64,000 bases of DNA from Phoronis australis. Taxonomy: Eukaryota; Animalia; Phoronida. The notes under the pieces were generated by a model. It had not been told where the DNA came from. It did no database searches and was given only the letters and a program-made list of their open reading frames with translations. Below are positions 24,649-39,600 of this stretch, in pieces (positions within the stretch are counted from its first letter, which is position 1; each line of letters opens with the position of its first letter). The stretch covers positions 1,225,169 to 1,289,168 of the forward strand of contig NMRA01000009.1 in the NCBI GenBank assembly GCA_002633005.1, in the 5' to 3' direction. The position numbers and the translations under genes are program-made.

Positions 24649-27600
24649 CTGCAATTTTATTAGAGTAAAATTGAAATAATAACATATTATGGAAATTACA
24701 TACACCATGCATAAACTTTGCAAGATATTAGTATAGTTTAGTAGCATGCCCTTCGTTTACGCAAACTTCATCAAAAACATGAGATATATTTCATGATTGC
24801 GTAAACGAAGGGCTGCTACTGAACTATACTGACATCTTGAATAATGACTAATTTAAATAAAATGAAAATCTACTTAATGGAAAAAATTACAAGAGCGATG
24901 CGGCAGTGTTGACATGCGCTCACAGTGCATCACAAACAATATCTTTTAGGGGCCACTAGGAGGTGCTGCAGTAGTGGAATCTAACCGAAAATCAAATGGT
25001 GCTGGCCAATTGTCACAATATCTCACAGTTGTCTAGATATTACCTAGAACTGCTCTTACCCAAAATGTTTACTTAGAAGGCACTGTAATATTAAAACTTG
25101 CACAACAAGCAAATGGTGCCAGAGCATTGTCATCGTATACTTGTTTGTCAAGTGTCATAGAAATCCATCAACTGGAGCCCTAGATATTATCCGAGAACAC
25201 TCTGTCTTCCCAAACAGCACTTGAAAACTCCCTCGTCAAGAACAAAATGGTTACTAGGAAGTACGTGGTACAGAAATCGAATCCATCTAAAAATGGGAGG
25301 ATGCCAGCTCATTGTCGATATCACCCGCAAACACTCTTCCCATAAAGCACTTGAAAAGCCCCTTGTTGAGAACAAAATAGCCACTAGGAGAGGCTGCAAT
25401 AGCCGAATCTGCAGAAAAAATTAATGGTGGCAGTGCAATGACAGAATGACATCAGATGCCTCTGTGTGAGTTTCATTAAAATCAGTTGATCAAACTTTTA
25501 GATATTATCTAGGAACTCTAGGAACGCTATAACCCAAAATGGCCACTAGGAGGGGATACACTGATTGACTCCGTCTGGGGATTTAATGGAGGTGCTGTAT
25601 TGCTTTATCAAACCCTTGAGTCAGTTTTCATTGAAACCCTTCACTCACTTCTCTATAAATCACTTGGAAACGCTGTTACACAAAATGGTCACCAGGAGGT
25701 GCTACAATTGTTGAATCTGCCCGAAAATAAAATGGTGCTAGTGCAATCTCATCAAAAACCAGAAGTGCTTGAATTGGTGACCTGCAGCATGCCAATGTGA
25801 CTTCATATTGTGTTTGGTGACCTGGGAAAAGTCCCAAGCCACCATGAAATCACAACTATGAGTATCAAAGTCAGACAATAACTCCCTCAAGATTAATTTC
25901 AAAATTTGTACTGGCTTCCAAAATTGAAATGAATACCAAAATACATATCACCCGGAAACTCTAGCTCACATAAAATGTCCAATGGGAGGCACTGCAGAAG
26001 TAGAATCTGCCCGAAAATCAAATGGTGCTGGTGCATTCCAATGATGTACCTCTATGTCAAGTTTCACTGAAATTCATCAATCAGTTCATCCAGAAACGTT
26101 CTTCTCCGCAAAACAACAATTGAAGGGACCCTTGCTGAGAACAAAGAAAGTGCTACAGTGTTGAATTCACCCGAAAAATTAATGGTGCCACATAAATCTG
26201 CATCAAGATTCATTAAAATCCACCAATCTGTTCTCTCTACATATCATCCGGAAATGCTCTTCCCCAAAAAATATTAAAAAGCCACACCCCTGACCCCAGG
26301 AGGCGGGGCAGACAGAAGAGTGGCACAAACTATTCTAGGAAAGCCGTACATAACCTTGAGCCAAATTTCATAAAAACCTGATCACAGGTATATCAAGCAG
26401 ACACCTGGACAACGTAACAACCACACTAAAGTGACAACAATAATGCGACCACACAAATATATGTGGAGGGCGTAAAAAGCACTGTGATGGACTTGGGTCG
26501 GCCGGTGAAGTTTGGTTGATTAAATAACCACTGTAGTCAAGGCTGATAGTTGATTTTAAAACACGAGGAATGTTTTTCCTTATGGCGTCATAAATAAAAG
26601 ACAGCAATACATTGTGCATATGACAAAATTTATGGTAACCACTCTATAGATTCTGAAAATAAAAAGATCACAACAAAACCAGAGGGACATTTCTTTACTT
26701 CTTTATTAGCCAACTGTCAGTCATTGTTGATGAGTGCAACAAACAACTTATCATGTGGCAGGAATATTCCTGATTGAAACAAGAGCATGCGCCCATCATG
26801 TGCATAACACACAGCGCAAATACAGAGATGATTGGTATGTCAACCATTCCCACTGAACAGAGCAATACCAGTTAACTTAATAATAGTATCCAGAGGCTGC
26901 AAAGCAAGTCAGAAATGCTCTCCTCAACAGGACCACATCTACTGCATGCGTCAAGGAACTTGTATTGAGCTACAGGTAAAAAATAAATCTGAGCTTGTGC
27001 CAGAGCAGTCAGATCGCTGTCACTTCCCAGAATGAACACATGCCAATTTTCATAACGTAATTTGACCGACAGAGGCCGGAAGATGTCAACAACCAGACCC
27101 AAAAATAATTAAAATGGTGGCACACAATATCTCAAAATCCATCCAAAAATGGTAATGTGTTATCCTCTATGGAAACAAATTGGCCTTGTGTAATGAAAAT
27201 TCGTGAAGTAACTCCAAAGTTACAGCTCCATGTCGCTAAAACTTACCAATAATCACCAAGCCCAGTTTTGCCCTGGTGATGGCAACATTAACCTGATGAT
27301 AATCAGTTATGAAGCCCATATTCTTCTTCTTCCAACCAGCAGTGGGCCAGGGTAGCAGCTGGTCCTCAGGCAGTGACCGCACTGTTGATAGGATGACATA
27401 ATCCCACTCACCACCTACAAGAATGAGCCAACCTTTAGATACGAAGCAATTCTCCAGTTTGGGACACTCTGTCTCTAAAATTTGGGAAAAAGAAACTCAA
27501 GAACAAATAAAATATTCTTGATTCTGTAGATTGGGACGTGGTTGATTTTGGTATTCATCATATTTCTCAAATTCTAGACAATTCACGCTTGTATCAAAAG

Positions 27601-30600
27601 AGTCTGCAAATAGACTAGGCAGCTCATAAAATTACCAAAATAGCTGTCAAGGCAACTTTTTCTTGCATCCTAATAGTGTTTGTCCTTGATGGTAATTCTT
27701 AAATTTGAGACTATTAATACTGCATAGTTTTAAAATTTGATACAAGCTCAGACCTTGAGCAAAAGAATTATTTTTCACTGTCCCATACTGAAGGATTTTT
27801 ACAGTACTACCCCGAACAAACTATTCCGTCAAACTGCAAAGCTAACACAGTCCAAGTTTTCAGTCAATTTCCATATCCCTCCCTCCCTAATCCAATTTCC
27901 TTTTGTTTTTTCCTTCTCTATTTACTCTCAATTTTCCAATGTCACGGTGTTGCTTCCGCATATTGTCACCCACCTTTACAGCTCAAAATTTATACCTTTG
28001 TAAAATCTGCAATAGTGCTGATTGTCTGGCAGATTGTCACCCACCTTTACAGCTCAAAACTTATACTTTTGTAAAATCTGCAATAGTGCTGATTGTCCGG
28101 CAGATTGTCACCCACCTTTACAGCTCAAAATATTATATAATATTTGTATTTATCCATATCTGTAGTAGTTTAGTTTGACATAATATATATGACCTTTTAT
28201 CTCACCATCACGTGTTGTTTCACTGTAAACTAGCTTTGGTATTGCCTCGCAGTTAGCGCATATAAATCATATTTTAGGTAAAGATCTCCTCATACTTTTA
28301 TGCAAGTATCAACCTGGTAGTTTCCGTCGACAGTGTTAACATTCAACACCAGCCATATTGCTGTGGAAATGCAAACTCAAAAGTTTTGGAAATGGAATAA
28401 ACTCTTCTATTCCCCAGTTATACAAACAGGATATTTACACAACGCCCAATGACATCTGACCATTTTGCCTTGAAATCCATAGATGCTCGCATTTGTCATA
28501 CACAGAAAAATGTCTAAGGAAAGTGTCTACAAGTCATTGGCAGGCATTTGTTTACAACATGTGACCGTACTCTTCCATTAGATTGGTCACTGGAGAGTGC
28601 AGCAATTAAAGGAAAAATGCGACAAGAGTATTGAAACACCAAATACATATTGAGGACAATTCAAACTGTTCAAATGTCATCATTTGATGAAAAATAAAAC
28701 TAGCCATGATATACTGCAGGGAATCATGCTTTTGGATGACGAGTGAAAACAAGTTCTCTCACAGCTATATTACTTTAAGCAATTTCAAACTGTTGGAACT
28801 CTTAGTGCACCGTATACTTGCTCACTCATTTGTCTCACAATTCTTCAGAAATTTATCCCACTGGAATAATAGTAAAGAGCATATCAGTCAATCACAAACT
28901 TCTTAAACCAATTGCACTACTGCGCCATCTTGCTGGCTCCAACCTCAAACTATGAAATTGCTAACGAAAAGCATTGTTATTATTTGCTCTGGAAATGAGC
29001 ACTACCACGCCATCTTGCTGATGCTTCTAACTGCAACCTCAAACTAAGAACTTGCAAAGAATAAATGCATTGTAGTTACGTGCTCTGGAAACAACTAACA
29101 TGTTAAAATCTCATGAATGTAGGTCACAATATCATGGACAGGTGAAATATCATACTCTCATTCTTTCATGAATGACACATAGTACTACAAAAATGTTTTA
29201 CCATATCAAGTTCAGTAGCTACCAACATACAATAACTTGAAAAAATGGTGCATTCATAGTAATGGTAAAAGCCCTTGAAAAACGAAAATAATGCAATTTT
29301 GGCAATTAGTTTTGTCCGAAATTGGTGAGATTTTACCGTAAGAGTATGCAGAAAGGTGTTGTCATCAGCTGACTAGTCCATGATTTCAGCCTCTTTTACA
29401 CAAGCTCAAAATAAGCATGACCTCAAGATGAAGGAATGAGTAACTACATAATATTTCCTGTCTTAAAAGCATCTTCGTGGATGTACTGAAGAAATTTCAA
29501 ATCAGCCGTGTTCTATGAATTAAGGCCATCAGGTAATTTACTAAAATTGACAATTCTAATGTATCAGACCACACAATGCGACACCCTCCACTTTAGCACT
29601 TTCAGGCCTCAGTGGGAACATTGTGTGTTTGCTATTTTGTAGAGAAGTCACTGCATACAATTTTTTTTTGCTGCGAGTGCATAGCATCTTCTTCTTTTTC
29701 GTGATATGCCAAACTTCAAGTTGTTGAAGACACTACGGCGGAAAAGGATTGGTCACATCCAAAAGACAAAGTGCATTTTATTATTAACAGAAAGTCCCAT
29801 ACAGTGCAGGATCAAAACAGTTGAAAGAGGTGTTTCTGATTGATCATGGCAGATATGATCATGTTACTCCAGTACCTTGGCTAGAGATGACAGTGGTGAC
29901 ATCCACTCTATCAGACAGTTTATTCATCTTCAGTGCCTCGCTCAACTTGTGTTGCTGTGCACGGTACTGCGTAAGAATAACGATGCTCTTATTCTTCTCC
30001 ACAGCTGACAAGTACCTGGCAATTCTCACCTGTAACAACAACTCTATCTTTGACAGCAATCATCATAATAATCATGACCACGACCATCAACATCATTAAT
30101 GTTAGCAAAAACAACAGAAAACATAATCAGAATTTCTAAAGAACTGTCAAACATTCAATCTATAAAACACCTCTGAGGTAATGCAGTAATGCAGTAATAA
30201 CATCACTTGTACAATACATTGGTCTATTTACAAGAATGGGCTAGACGTTGGTGGAATAGGCCAACAGATATTAGATATCATGCAGTAACCTAGTATTTAA
30301 GCTATGTGTAACATGACCGACATGACAAGATAACAAATTGAGGCTGTGGTCAGAAGCAATAACTGTAAGTTGGGGAACAGACAATGGCACAAGATGAAAG
30401 AAGTAAAAATGAATGAACTGAAAACTCAATGGAAAGAAAAATCTTTGTCTGTATGGTAAAAGGAGTCATATAGAGGGATTGGCCTATTTTTATATACTGT
30501 TTCTGTGTATCATGGCCAATTAACATACCGCATGTTTCACTTCTTCAGCATTGCTTTTGGAGTTAAGTCCCCCTTCATCTGTGGACACAAACAGTGTCTC

Positions 30601-33600
30601 CTCCTCCCCCTCTGTGTGACAAAACACCAGCGGCCGGTATCTGCCACCAGGCCAAATGTCCAAATTCGACATGTTCTTTTGCAGTTCCTTTCCAACCATT
30701 AACTTCCCGTTGTAAAACTCGTTAGAAGGAAACTCTTGGATTGCATTGTGCTGGAGAGAGAAAATAAACAATATCAAGATGTCTAAAATACTGATTATTA
30801 TTGCAAGAAATGCCAGAGTATAGATATCTCAGAAAATGCAAAGGCAACTATTATTTTAACACTGTCAAATTAAAGTGCAATAAAGAGACAGTAATTGAGC
30901 AGAAGGATTTGCAATTTTCTAGCTGTCCAGAGTTGTCTGCCTGCCTGCCAATTCCAGATAGTCCATCACGACAATATAATGTTATGGATTGATTTTGAAA
31001 TGTGTGGAATTGAAACCAGACACACTTTTATGATTTTCTATTGATTTCTGCTTTTTTTACATACACATCTACGAACAGTAATCTAAAAGAAATTCTCACT
31101 GTCAGGGCGAGAACTCCCTGAAGCTTTTTCATTAAAGATATTAAAAATTGTCAGTTGACAGTCATGTTTCAATGCTATAGGTCACCACTGTTAGGTGTGA
31201 CCTATAATTTCCATAGGTAGGACAAACAATTGAAAGAAGTGTAATTGCATTTATGGCAGTGCATACAGAAAACCGTTTCCAATTTTGTATTTGATAAATC
31301 ATGAAGTTAATCAACTGAGCAGTACCATCACAGGGTCATCACTTGAATGCCTAAAACAACCCCAGCCAATACATCTTTGTATAAGGCCTTGTAATGACAA
31401 ATAACAAAAAAGAGGAAAACTTCCAGTTCACGGTAGGTTCTACAAATAATAAGATGCATGTGATAGAAATAGTTTTTGTTTTGTAAAATTTATCTACAAG
31501 AAACATGTTTTTGAATGGAAAAGTCAAATTAACAAAAAAAAGAGATGAAGAAAGATGAAATCAATAAAAATAAATCAAAATCAACTATAAGAGGATAATC
31601 TTTTAAAGAAGAAAATTACAAGCCCCGAAGTATATCAAGGGCCTTCCATTGTATCGCAAGACCTTTTTGTTTTTTTCTTTTTTTCTGGCGGGAAGTGACG
31701 AAAGGTAGGATCGTTGTGAATTATAGCATTACTTCAGCCAATGGAGAACAAACAACATTTCTTCATATTTAGTGCTGAAAAAATTGCCTAATGACTCATA
31801 AAGAATGATCGCACTTGTCTGCTACCAAGCTTAGCCTCGTTTTCACTTCAACAATGAATGCATGAGTAATGCATTAGATTGGTTAGAACCAGGCCTTCAT
31901 GCAGCGTATGTCCTGGGCGTCCATTTGGACGCCCTAGCACTAATGTTGACGCCCTGGCAAGGACGCCCAATGTATCATTTGGACGCCCTGTCAATCAGAA
32001 TTTCTCCAGTTTGGACACCCACATTGAAAGATTACTAAGACTCCCAGTTAATCAAAGCGGGAAATTGACCCTTTCAACTCAGAAAGAAATATACAAAGTA
32101 TTTAAAATGTTGCAATATTCAAACTATTTTCAAACTATTTGGTAGACCTGTCAATCATTAGCACGTGCTTGGTTGCCAGAGTGTCTGCTTTCAATAGACT
32201 CACATGCCACTGCCATTCTGTACTTTATATAGGGACATGGACCTTGCTTAACTCCAAACTGGTGTTTCAGAGCTGTAATTTCATGTACTTCATCTTTTTT
32301 TAAAAATACCAAAAGCAAAATAAATGTCATTACTTTAATAATATGATGTGCCGCAAGAATATCCCCATTTAAAATGTTTGAGTTTTCGCCTGTTTCATGC
32401 TTTTCTATGCGCGTCTAAAATGGAGCAGCAGTGACACCTGTTGTCAAAATATAAACCACACATCATCTGTGCATTTTTCTTTTGTTGGTAACTGCAGCTT
32501 TGATGACTCATTGTACAGAATATAAAGCTAGTGAAGTTGATATAATAAACTTTATAACAGAATTTGACTTGAGATGACCAAAAACAGTGCACTCATCGTT
32601 CAACCAATATCTGTAATATCTGTAATACCCGTTTGGTAAGCTATTTGGCTGTTTTCGTAAATTTAAACATAAAAGTCTTGATCAACAGTTTTTTAGTACT
32701 TAAAAAAGCCCAATACAAGGGAGCTGTTTTTGTAAACTTAGGTGTAAAAGCCTTGTTCAACGCATTTTTTAATTGTAAAAAAACTCACTGTGTGTGTTGG
32801 GGGTGGGGGGTTACTGGTGAATGGGGTGGGGAGGGGGAGTAATGCGGCGTTGGAATCATGGACGCCCTGGAATATTGGGAACCCCATTTTGGACACCCTA
32901 TGTTCGAAATCCTAGATGAAGCCCTGGTTAGAACATGGCTCAATCTTACCATTCTATACTGTGTTGTGAGCATGTTGAGCTGCTTGATGGTCGCCTTCCG
33001 CTCAGCATACCGCTCAAACAGTGACACGCTCAGACCCAACTGCGACGCTGCTTCACAAGTCACAACAGGCCTTAACTGTTGATGATCACCAATCAGAACC
33101 ACCTGCTTGAGTTTCTTGTGTTTAGTGATAGGGATCATGCTATCAGGTTCCGTACACTGACCACACTCGTCAATGATTAACTGCAACAAAAACAACTAAG
33201 ATTTTTCACCAGGAGCTGATAATTGAACTTATGGTCACTTTAGAGCCAGCAGAACACCTCTCGTCGCCCACTGTTAATCTCTGGACCACCTTTTGGACTA
33301 GTTAGTATGGTTCCAACAAATGACAAAGAAAATATTTTTATATGCTTTTTTATTAGTTGACAAAGCAAATTTTTTTGATATATGAGTAAGAATGCAGATC
33401 ACTAAATAAGGTTTGAGATAACCTTAATTGTCCTTTAGTATTGAGCAGTTTGTCAGATGAAAAAGCGGATGCCAAAAACAAACTCACAAAATGCCTACTA
33501 GGTGGCACAGAATAAGTCAAATCTGTCCAAAAATAAAAAGGTAATTTTTGACTCTTTAACAGAAACTTATTAGCCAAATTTTGCAAAGATCCATCGACAA

Positions 33601-36600
33601 ACTCTAAAGACAAACTAAAATTGCCATTAGGGGACAGAGTGGTAGCCAGATCATTTTGAAACTCATCGTCATCTGTCCTGAACTCCTTAAGAATACATCT
33701 ATCAAATCTCATTGTTACCTTGCAGGAGATACAGACAAGACGTTGGAGGCCCAGACAGAGATGGCAGCAATATGCACCCACATGAAATATGTGGGCGAAT
33801 AAAAAGCAAACTGCACAATTAAATTTATTTCATTTGCTGTTACAACAGGATTGTCATATGCAATGACAACTATGGACAGAACATCAGATGGGACGGCAGA
33901 CAAGACAAGAAAAAGTGAGATGACAAAGGACCCTTTATTCTTGTCCACTAAAAGCATTGCGATAAGTATACCTCACCCACAGTCATACCGGTAATTATAT
34001 ATCTGCACTATCAGATCGCACTACTAATGTCATGCTGTGTCATTATATTTGTCTTGGCATCACGCTCGTTAAGGTACACAACTGCAAAAAACCTAGAAAA
34101 CTAAATTTGATGTTACGTCAGATAAATTTAGCTCCTGAAGGTGTGATTTTGATGAGGATATTCACTTTCAAGTGTTGACATACGTAGCCAGTTTGGATTA
34201 TACACCCATCAGTTAAATAAGAGTGCTACTTTCACTAATCTCAACCTTCCCAACAAAAGCCAGATACCATTATGAAGTTGGTCTCAAGTTGTTCCTCAGT
34301 CAAACTGAAGTGATTGTACAGCTTCCAAAGAATCGACAGTCCATTACTACTCGAGACTAAGATCTATAGTTACTTGCCATGGCGTGTCATTTTATACACT
34401 GATCATGGTTTCAGAGGATAACTAACTGTCTTCTCCAAACTCATAAATCACTTCTCACCTGAGTGAGAAACAAGTTGAAGCCTCTAAAGCGAGGCACCCT
34501 ATATTAATATAGAAGGCCTCGCCGAAAGGCGGCCAGAGAGCGGGGCCACTCTATATTAATATGGAGGGCCCCGCTTTTCGACTACCTTTCGGCGAGGCCC
34601 CCTATATTGATATAGGGGGCCTCGCTTTCCGGCCGCCTTGCGGCGAGGACCCCCATATTAATATAGGGGCCTCGCTTTAGAGGCTCAAAATTCAATTTTC
34701 TGCCTATGTCATTTTAATAAGAATAAGTCATTTTAAATAATAAGCTGTTATTACCTGCTTTATATTGAGTGAGGTCAAGGCAGGTGCAGCACTGCAGGTA
34801 CAAGTGCACAGAATGATGTCAACTCTACTTAGACAGTCTTTCTTTGCTTCATATACAACCTTTTTATATTGTTTAACAAGTTTATCCAACTCTGCCAGCG
34901 ACTTGGTTGCCATTTCTCTGTGGTTGCCAAACAAGGCATCAAAGTCCCTAAGCTCTTTTGCGTGAAGCTGATCTACAAAATAATCCCGTGCAAACTCATT
35001 AGATAAATAAATATAACTTTTAGGCTCACACTGTGTTTTAAAAGTGATATCAAAAGCATTTGACCATCATATCCTAGTACCTAGGTTACTTGCAGAGAAC
35101 TGCACTGAGCCAGCATAATATCAGTTAGCCCTGGTACAAAGCTGTGTAATAAATAATACAGCTTTGCACCTATGTGGGTAAAAAGTGGTAAGATAAAATC
35201 TGACACAGAATTAGTGTCATTAAAAACTACAGTCTTCCTTGAGTAAACTAAATTATTTAACAATGTTGGAAAAATGGAATTCTACCATTATTCTGCTGCT
35301 AAAGTTGTGGAGCGATCTTTAGCGATGGCTTTCGGCACCATGAAATATTGCGTCACCTATTGGCCAGTTTATTTTTTCGCCGGTTCTTCAATCAACTGTT
35401 CTTCTTTCACGAGGTTGCGTACACGTCACAACAAATTATCGGAACTGGTTTCACTTCATTGTAAGTTTTTAGAATTTTGATACCGAAAAACCAAATTTCA
35501 GAAGAAATTTTGCTGCTGCCAAGCTATCATCTCCCGAGAGATGTCGCAAAAATTTAGGAAATGGCATGTGCGCGTGACACAAGTGTACTGTTTTCAAAAC
35601 GACAACATACTTTACATTGTAAGAAAAAGTGGACAGTTACGCAAGAAAATGACATTTATTGCATTGTTTTTCACTTAAACGGCTGTAACGGGCAAGGTGA
35701 GTGTCGGATGATTTCCAGATTTTGCATGCACCCCGTCCGGTCTTTAGCTTTACATTTTGATACAAGCTGGCAGTGTGCAATTTCGGGGTCTACGGAAGAA
35801 ATACAATCAATGGTACCTAGCTGTATTTTGATTACAGTCTTCAAACAGCTAGCTGTCAGGCTAAATATCAGTCACAATGTGCCACATGTTTCAGCAAACA
35901 ACTCATAGTAGCAAATGACATTATGAAGACATTCTTGACAATGTACATCAATTACATAAAATGTCAAGACATATGTTGATAAATACAGTTTGCTATCACT
36001 GTCTTTTGGTTGCACAAGTAAAGCGATAGTACAAGATGAACAAAAATAGAAAATGAATGATAGAATCTGGTAGAATAAGTCAAGACATGTTTCAAATCGA
36101 AGAACTGATCATTTCTACGGAAGGGGTAATGAAAAGAAGGGAAAGAAAATGAAACCTTTTCGTCGTATAATGTGATGTAAAGCAACATCTTTGTGTAGGC
36201 GTGCTGTCTTTGCTTCTTCTACAATCCTAGAATGAAACTTGTTGGACGCCGAAGAGACAGTAGGTAAAGGATAGTCGTGATCCTCAACCAATACACCGTA
36301 AACTCGCACAATGCTCGGAAAGGTCTTTCCCAGCTTAGTCTTCATGAACGCTGCAAAAAATTCAAAATTCCAGCATTAAACATTTAATTTATTTTCCGCA
36401 CTGTCATGCGATTACTGATGGAAGTGGCAATTATATTAATGCTCGTTATTAAGGTCCTGAGCTACTCACAGAATTCTTGAAAGACCCAGCCACTATTATG
36501 ATCTCAGTGAATTTGCAGGAAGGTTGAGGTAACCTTAGTTCATAATACACTGAGAGTTTGGGGGGAAAGTTGTAGCAAACTCTTAGTAGATTCGGAAAGC

Positions 36601-39600
36601 ATTTGCAGGAAGGTGACAAAACTGCTCACTGATTGGCTGATGCATCTGATCCAACATAAAATGGCGCCTTGGGAAATCAACTGTTGACTTTCACCCAAGC
36701 CTAGACCAATGAGAGTCAAGCTGAAAACCCAGACTCCAAACATCAATAGCGAACCTCTCAAAAATGTGGGGTCTCTCCAGACATTTGTCAAGATTCCATC
36801 TGGTTGTGTACTTAGGCCCCCACCTAAACTGGACTTGTGAAGGACTTTATTACAGAGTTACAAAGAAAATTGACATTTTAATTTCATAGAAATCATTAAA
36901 GTGCTATTTTTGATAGCCCAGTTATGTATGCTTTATGCCTCTGAACGTGTACACCATCTAGTGGCCATTTGTGTTATTAGTGTTAACTGTATCTAGTTGG
37001 AATATTGTAGAATAAATACACTCTCAACATGGTGTCTGGAGTTTTGTGAAATTGGTTTGCTGTTGTAATGCGTTTGTGCTTCCCTCTAAGGAACTCAATC
37101 TATGCTGTGCGTGCATCTCTGATTCTTGTGGTCCTCACCATGGCATAAATTGTGTTCCCCAATAAACTAGAGCTCTCGCAAGAGCCTGTGCCCACGCAAG
37201 ACTGTGAACAGATTAAACACAAAAACAAAAGATAGCAACCCAACAGGAAACACAAAAGTAAATAAGTAGACTGGAGTATTAAAAATAAAGTGACAAAAAA
37301 CAGTACAAAACATATTTGAAACCAACATTTGTTTGGGAAATGGCCCTTTATCAAGATGAATAAAAAGTTATTGTTTTTAGTTACTTAGTATTATCTAAAA
37401 TGTCATCAAACCTGTACTTTCGACATCTAAGGGTGTAACTCTGAGCAAATATAAGAGAAAACCAATTACTTCAAACAACCACCACTCAGGAGGAAGTTGT
37501 GCTAGGGACTACATTTTTGCTTCATTAGCGTGCATATGAAGGTCGTGCTGAATAGGCATTTATAAAAGTTGTCTGAGGGCAAAGGGAATCTAAGCAATGA
37601 CCAGCCAAATGAATGTAAACCAAAAATTCTCCACATGTGGTCCTTTAGACAAGAGTGTTACACACTATAGCCGCATTCATATGGGAGACAGAACTGATCT
37701 GACACAAGTATGTGTGTGTAAACATGATTAACACAGGACAAGATGACATCGTGGCGGCCATTTTTTATACCGGTTTGACAGGTACAGCAAATTGCACTCG
37801 ATCAGCTGCTCCAATTTCAATTAAACGTCTAAACCCAAGTTGGAGCAAGGCGGAAGGGATCATATCTGTTACGATAGTACAATTAAATGCAAGCATGCAC
37901 AGACAGTCTTCATGAAAATAACTCATGCTGATCCAGTTTGCAATCTAATGTTGTGCAAATGCGACTAAGATGCATTGTGACAACTCGCACCGTAACAACT
38001 TTTTTCCCAGGTAAAAACAGCTTATGATGACCTTGTACTTACATGTTACTACATCAACAGACTTATTTGAAGGACCACTGTACAGAACATGTCCGCCATT
38101 TTTGTTGTTGTATCCAGCAAACAAACAGGCAATACGTACACCAGTCACTGTCTTGCCGGTACCTACAAGGCAAAACAAGGCAGTTAACTACATATTAACA
38201 CTTGAATCAACTTGTCAGTCAATAGGACAGTCCCAAATAGGCCCAAAAACAAGGGTAAAGAATTGCTTGACGAATGCTGCGGCATTGTGGATAAATACCA
38301 TGAGATTCAAGTGTCGCTGTGTTAAATCCGGGACCATCCCATTCAAAGGTGAGCTACCAGGGCCTACTGACTTGAGCATAACCTGAAATTCCATGTCAAA
38401 ATCCTCAAAATTCATGACCACAGGCCCACCAATTTAAATTTCTTTTTGTTATCAGTCATCAATACCTAGAAGAGGAATTGCATGCCAGGATTTTCCATTT
38501 AATTTTCTGAGTTCTTTATTGACTGTAAGTGTTAGAATTGCCACTACTTTTCAAGAGTTTTTAAATTCCCAAGGAAAAAAGTTGCTGAAAAACAAAAACA
38601 AAGACGGAATTCATTATAAGCATATATAATACAATTAACTAATTCAAATGCATTTTGACAATATATACTTGAAAACAAAGTCATTTTTTGATGTTCCAAA
38701 GGTTTTAAAGTTCTCAAAAACCCTCAAAACACAATTAAAAAGGTTACAGAAACGTAGATGAAACTTTCTTTAATTGAAAGTAAAGGGGACTATGCAAAAC
38801 AAAAAAGGAATTAGTCCTTTAAAATCACCCCTTCGCAGAGGTTTGTCAAATACACCCTGAAAGTTTGTGTACTTATTAGGGAAACTCGCAAAACATTTTG
38901 TTAAAAAGGCACAGAAGTCGGGTGACAGGTTCAGTATCTGTTTCTCATCAAGACTTGTCCTTTAGTTGGAAAACCCCACAACATATGGAAAATTGTAATT
39001 ACTGAGCTTCCAGTTTGTACTAAAAATATTTTTCCAAATACAAACCCACAGGTTAACATGGAGGGGGATATGTTTGTGTAAATTTCTGGCAACAAAATGG
39101 ACATAAACCAACACAAGCTGGGGTGCAGCACTTTTAGGAATTTGTCAGTAAGTTAGCAAGTGTTGTAATACTATTAATAAAAGCAGATTAATTCACAAAC
39201 ATCACTCCAAGTCATCTAGTTATAAAACATTGCCACTACAAATCCCAGCAGTACACACATCAGGCAGAACATTAAAAGGTGCTATCCCATTATAAATAAA
39301 AACACTGAAAGTATGTTACAAAAATTTTTTATGGGGAATTATAAATAGAAAACTGGATGCAAAAAGTTAGTTGTCATTAATCAGATCACTGTCCAGTACC
39401 GTCCAATTCTTCACAGAAGCATATCTGACAATTTCACGAAGATCTATCAAGGACTATATATTAGGCTGTGACCCGCCATGTAAAACTAAATCTGATACTT
39501 GTAGACTGCAGAAATTACTTATGTTTCATAATTGCCATGTTGTCCTTGATAGAATTTCATTTGCTACATTTCACAAAGATCTCTTAAAAAACTTGGGAGA

